64,000 bases of DNA. Source: Actinomycetota bacterium. GTDB lineage: Bacteria; Actinomycetota; Actinomycetes; S36-B12. The stretch is taken from the NCBI GenBank assembly GCA_030650795.1, contig JAUSDJ010000031.1, forward strand, positions 153,123 through 217,122, in the 5' to 3' direction. Below, piece after piece: positions 61,975 to 64,000 of this stretch. The notes under the pieces are model-generated. The model made no database searches, was not told the origin of the DNA, and saw nothing but the letters and a program-made list of their open reading frames with translations. The position numbers and the translations under genes were made by a program. Numbering within the stretch: the first letter of the stretch is position 1; each line of letters starts with the position of its first letter.

Positions 61975-62461
61975 TCTGCCGCGCAACGCAGAAATCATTG
62001 CGTCGATGTTGCGAGCCAATCAGCTCGAGAGCGTTCCAGTCTCGATCCAGCTCGCAACCGAGCTGATCGACAAGGCCAATGGTCGCTTGCGATCTGTTGT
62101 GCGCTCACTGGATGCCGATGACCTTGGTGAATGCGCGTCGCCGCTGTGGGATGCCATCCGGCTTTCACTTTCAAGCGTTCTTCAAGCCCAAGGATTGCGC
62201 GCTGGCGGTGCAAAGGGTCACCACTTAAATGTCCTTGAGGCGATCGAGGCTCAATACGGGCACCATCCTGAGATTGGTCCGCAGATGGCTCGCGTTCGTC
62301 GGATTCGCAGCGATCGAAACAAGGATGAGTACCCAGCCCGGCTCGGTGAGGACACCGCCGACAAAGCAGACCTCACCGAAAGCCTTCGAGTGGCCCATGA
62401 ACTTCTCGCTACAAGTGAGCGCATTGCCATGAAGATTGCGCCATTCGACCGAAGTGTCTGA
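61958..62461 (+). CDS. HEPN-like helical protein (toxin candidate)
   Basis: Overlaps the upstream gene by 17 nt. All-helical composition. GLRAGGAKGHH fits Rx4-6H spacing, and the later RRIRSDRNKDEY resembles RN..EY HEPN variants. Assignment is tentative. Confidence 0.4.
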   Translation: MTTENDLPRNAEIIASMLRANQLESVPVSIQLATELIDKANGRLRSVVRSLDADDLGECASPLWDAIRLSLSSVLQAQGLRAGGAKGHHLNVLEAIEAQYGHHPEIGPQMARVRRIRSDRNKDEYPARLGEDTADKADLTESLRVAHELLATSERIAMKIAPFDRSV

Positions 62462-62491
62462 ATGCTTCGGCATGTTTGCTACTTTTGTTGA

Positions 62492-63364
62492 TTAGCCCCT
62501 GATCATGATTTCGCGCATCAGGCGGGCAGTCGCACTCGGCGTCTTGCCTACCTTCACACCAACAGCCTCGAGCGCTTCCTGCTTGGCTGCCGCGGTGCCG
62601 GCCGAGCCCGAGACGATGGCGCCAGCGTGACCCATCGTCTTGCCCTCAGGAGCAGTGAAGCCAGCCACGTAGCCGACAACCGGCTTGGTGATATGCAGAC
62701 CGATGTACGCAGCCGCGCGCTCTTCAGCATCGCCACCGATCTCACCGATCATCACGATGGCGTCAGTGTCGGGGTCATCCTGGAATGCCTGGAGGGCATC
62801 GATGTGGGTGGTGCCGATGATTGGGTCGCCACCGATGCCAACGCAGGTGCTGAAGCCGATGTCGCGCAACTCGTACATCATCTGGTAGGTCAGGGTGCCC
62901 GACTTCGAGACGAGACCGACGCGGCCTGGCTTGGTGATGTCGGCCGGGATGATGCCGGCATTGGACACACCGGGTGAAATGACGCCCGGGCAGTTCGGGC
63001 CGATGACGCGCGTCTTGCCCGAGTTCTGCGAGAGCTGGAAGAACTTCGCGGTGTCGTGAACGGGGATGCCTTCGGTGATGAGGATCAGCAAAGGGATCTC
63101 AGCGTTGATGGCTTCTTCAACCGCACCGATGGCGAACTTCGGTGGCACAAATGCCACGCTGACGTTTGCACCGGTTGCGGCGATTGCATCGCCAACGGTG
63201 TTGTAGATCGGGATGCCGTCAAGATCCTGACCGGCCTTGCCCGGGGTCACACCGGCCACCACATTGGAGCCTGAGGCAACCATGCGACGGGTGTGCTTGC
63301 TGCCCTCTGAACCAGTCATGCCCTGGACCAGGATCTTGCTTTCGCTGTTCAGCCAAATAGCCAT
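62492..63364 (-). CDS. sucD: succinyl-CoA ligase subunit alpha
   Basis: [46 protein letters not shown] phosphohistidine loop. Confidence 0.95.
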   Translation of the reverse strand: MAIWLNSESKILVQGMTGSEGSKHTRRMVASGSNVVAGVTPGKAGQDLDGIPIYNTVGDAIAATGANVSVAFVPPKFAIGAVEEAINAEIPLLILITEGIPVHDTAKFFQLSQNSGKTRVIGPNCPGVISPGVSNAGIIPADITKPGRVGLVSKSGTLTYQMMYELRDIGFSTCVGIGGDPIIGTTHIDALQAFQDDPDTDAIVMIGEIGGDAEERAAAYIGLHITKPVVGYVAGFTAPEGKTMGHAGAIVSGSAGTAAAKQEALEAVGVKVGKTPSATARLMREIMIRG

Positions 63365-63376
63365 GTTCGTATGCCT

Positions 63377-64000
63377 TTACTTTCCGGCCTTGCGTGCTGC
63401 TGCCAATTCGGCAGCGCGACGCGCAGCATCGTCCATGGTCTCGACCATTTCGATTAGTGGGTGATTCGCCTTGGTGAGGATCGCGCGACCTTCGATCGCG
63501 TTGTTGCCATCGATGCGAGCAACGATTGGCTTGGTCAGCGTTGCGCCCTTGGCTTCGAGCATCTCAAGTGCCTGCAGGATGCCGTTGGCCACAGCGTCAC
63601 ACGAGGTGATGCCGCCGAAGACGTTGACGAACACCGACTCGACCTCAGGGTCGTTCAGGATGATGTCCAGCCCATTGGCCATTACCTCTGCGCTGGCGCC
63701 ACCACCAATGTCGAGGAAGTTCGCGGGCAGGATGCCACCGAACTCCTCACCGGCGTATGCAACGACGTCAAGGGTGCTCATCACGAGCCCGGCACCGTTG
63801 CCGATGATGCCGACCTCGCCCTGCAGCTTCACGTAGTTGAGATCGAACTCCGCTGCGCGCAGCTCGATCGGGTCGGTCGCCTCGCGGTCGATGAGATCTT
63901 CGTGCGAGAGGTGACGGAAGTTGGCGTTGTCGTCGAGGGTGACCTTGCCGTCCAGTGCGAGCACCTTGCCGTCGGGGGTGAGCACGAGTGGGTTGACCTC
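63377..64000 (-). CDS. sucC: succinyl-CoA ligase subunit beta (C-terminal part; 5' end outside window)
   Basis: [42 protein letters not shown]. The frame stays open to the window end. Confidence 0.95.
   Translation of the reverse strand, partial: EVNPLVLTPDGKVLALDGKVTLDDNANFRHLSHEDLIDREATDPIELRAAEFDLNYVKLQGEVGIIGNGAGLVMSTLDVVAYAGEEFGGILPANFLDIGGGASAEVMANGLDIILNDPEVESVFVNVFGGITSCDAVANGILQALEMLEAKGATLTKPIVARIDGNNAIEGRAILTKANHPLIEMVETMDDAARRAAELAAARKAGK

Noticed and set aside
1-64000. Looked for rRNA, tRNA, CRISPR arrays, transposases, integrases and phage structural genes.
   Set aside because: No spaced short-repeat array, no tRNA-like intergenic sequence and no recombinase-like ORF was recognisable by eye. 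Absence cannot be proven without tools.

Overview
High-GC, actinobacterial-type chromosomal segment with about 55 supportable protein genes. I saw no rRNA, tRNA, CRISPR array, transposase or integrase. All family names below come from motif reading and memory; nothing was searched.

Backbone housekeeping genes:
- folD (23636-24490)
- purH and purN (26205-28390)
- sucD and a partial sucC (62492-64000)
- two polytopic membrane proteins (56304-58275)

As I recall, this sucCD / membrane proteins / purNH / folD neighbourhood is compact in other Actinobacteria. Here it is broken up by accessory DNA.

Accessory blocks:
1. 2-12804: a glycan locus cut by the window start. It holds TIGR04372-like, GT-A and GT4 transferases, a heptose-type activation module with reversed HldE domain order, a 2OG-oxygenase plus methyltransferase pair, a nucleotide-sugar dehydrogenase, and a fused LMW-PTP/BY-kinase-like protein with degenerate kinase motifs.
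2. 13189-23438: a signalling and exopolysaccharide block. A di-iron (FDP/ODP-like) sensor with a dead GGDEF and a pseudo-receiver is translationally coupled to a HEAT-repeat GT2 processive synthase. The block also has a GT4, a membrane-anchored HEXXHXXGXXD protease, and a paralogous di-iron sensor with an intact GGEEF.
3. 28492-56286: a roughly 28 kb glycan island between purN and the conserved membrane proteins.
   - Two giant paralogous dual-module putative polymerases (970 and 885 aa) and stand-alone copies of each module.
   - A seven-gene operon: NeuB-like synthase, SDR, aldehyde dehydrogenase, CMP-ulosonate-type cytidylyltransferase, fused transketolase, and a KpsC/KpsS-like transferase.
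   - FkbM methyltransferases, a cytidylyltransferase-methyltransferase fusion, and two sulfotransferase-like P-loop proteins.
   - No recognisable exporter, flippase or priming enzyme.
4. Small toxin-antitoxin and defence cassettes.
   - BrnT/BrnA.
   - AbiEi with a decayed AbiEii, flanked by 33-bp direct repeats exactly 1600 bp apart.
   - A wHTH-MNT/HEPN-like pair, next to a sensorless GGDEF-EAL phosphodiesterase.

The most promising candidates for undescribed biology are the di-iron sensor / HEAT-GT2 synthase pair and the ulosonic-acid-type glycan island with its dual-module enzymes.
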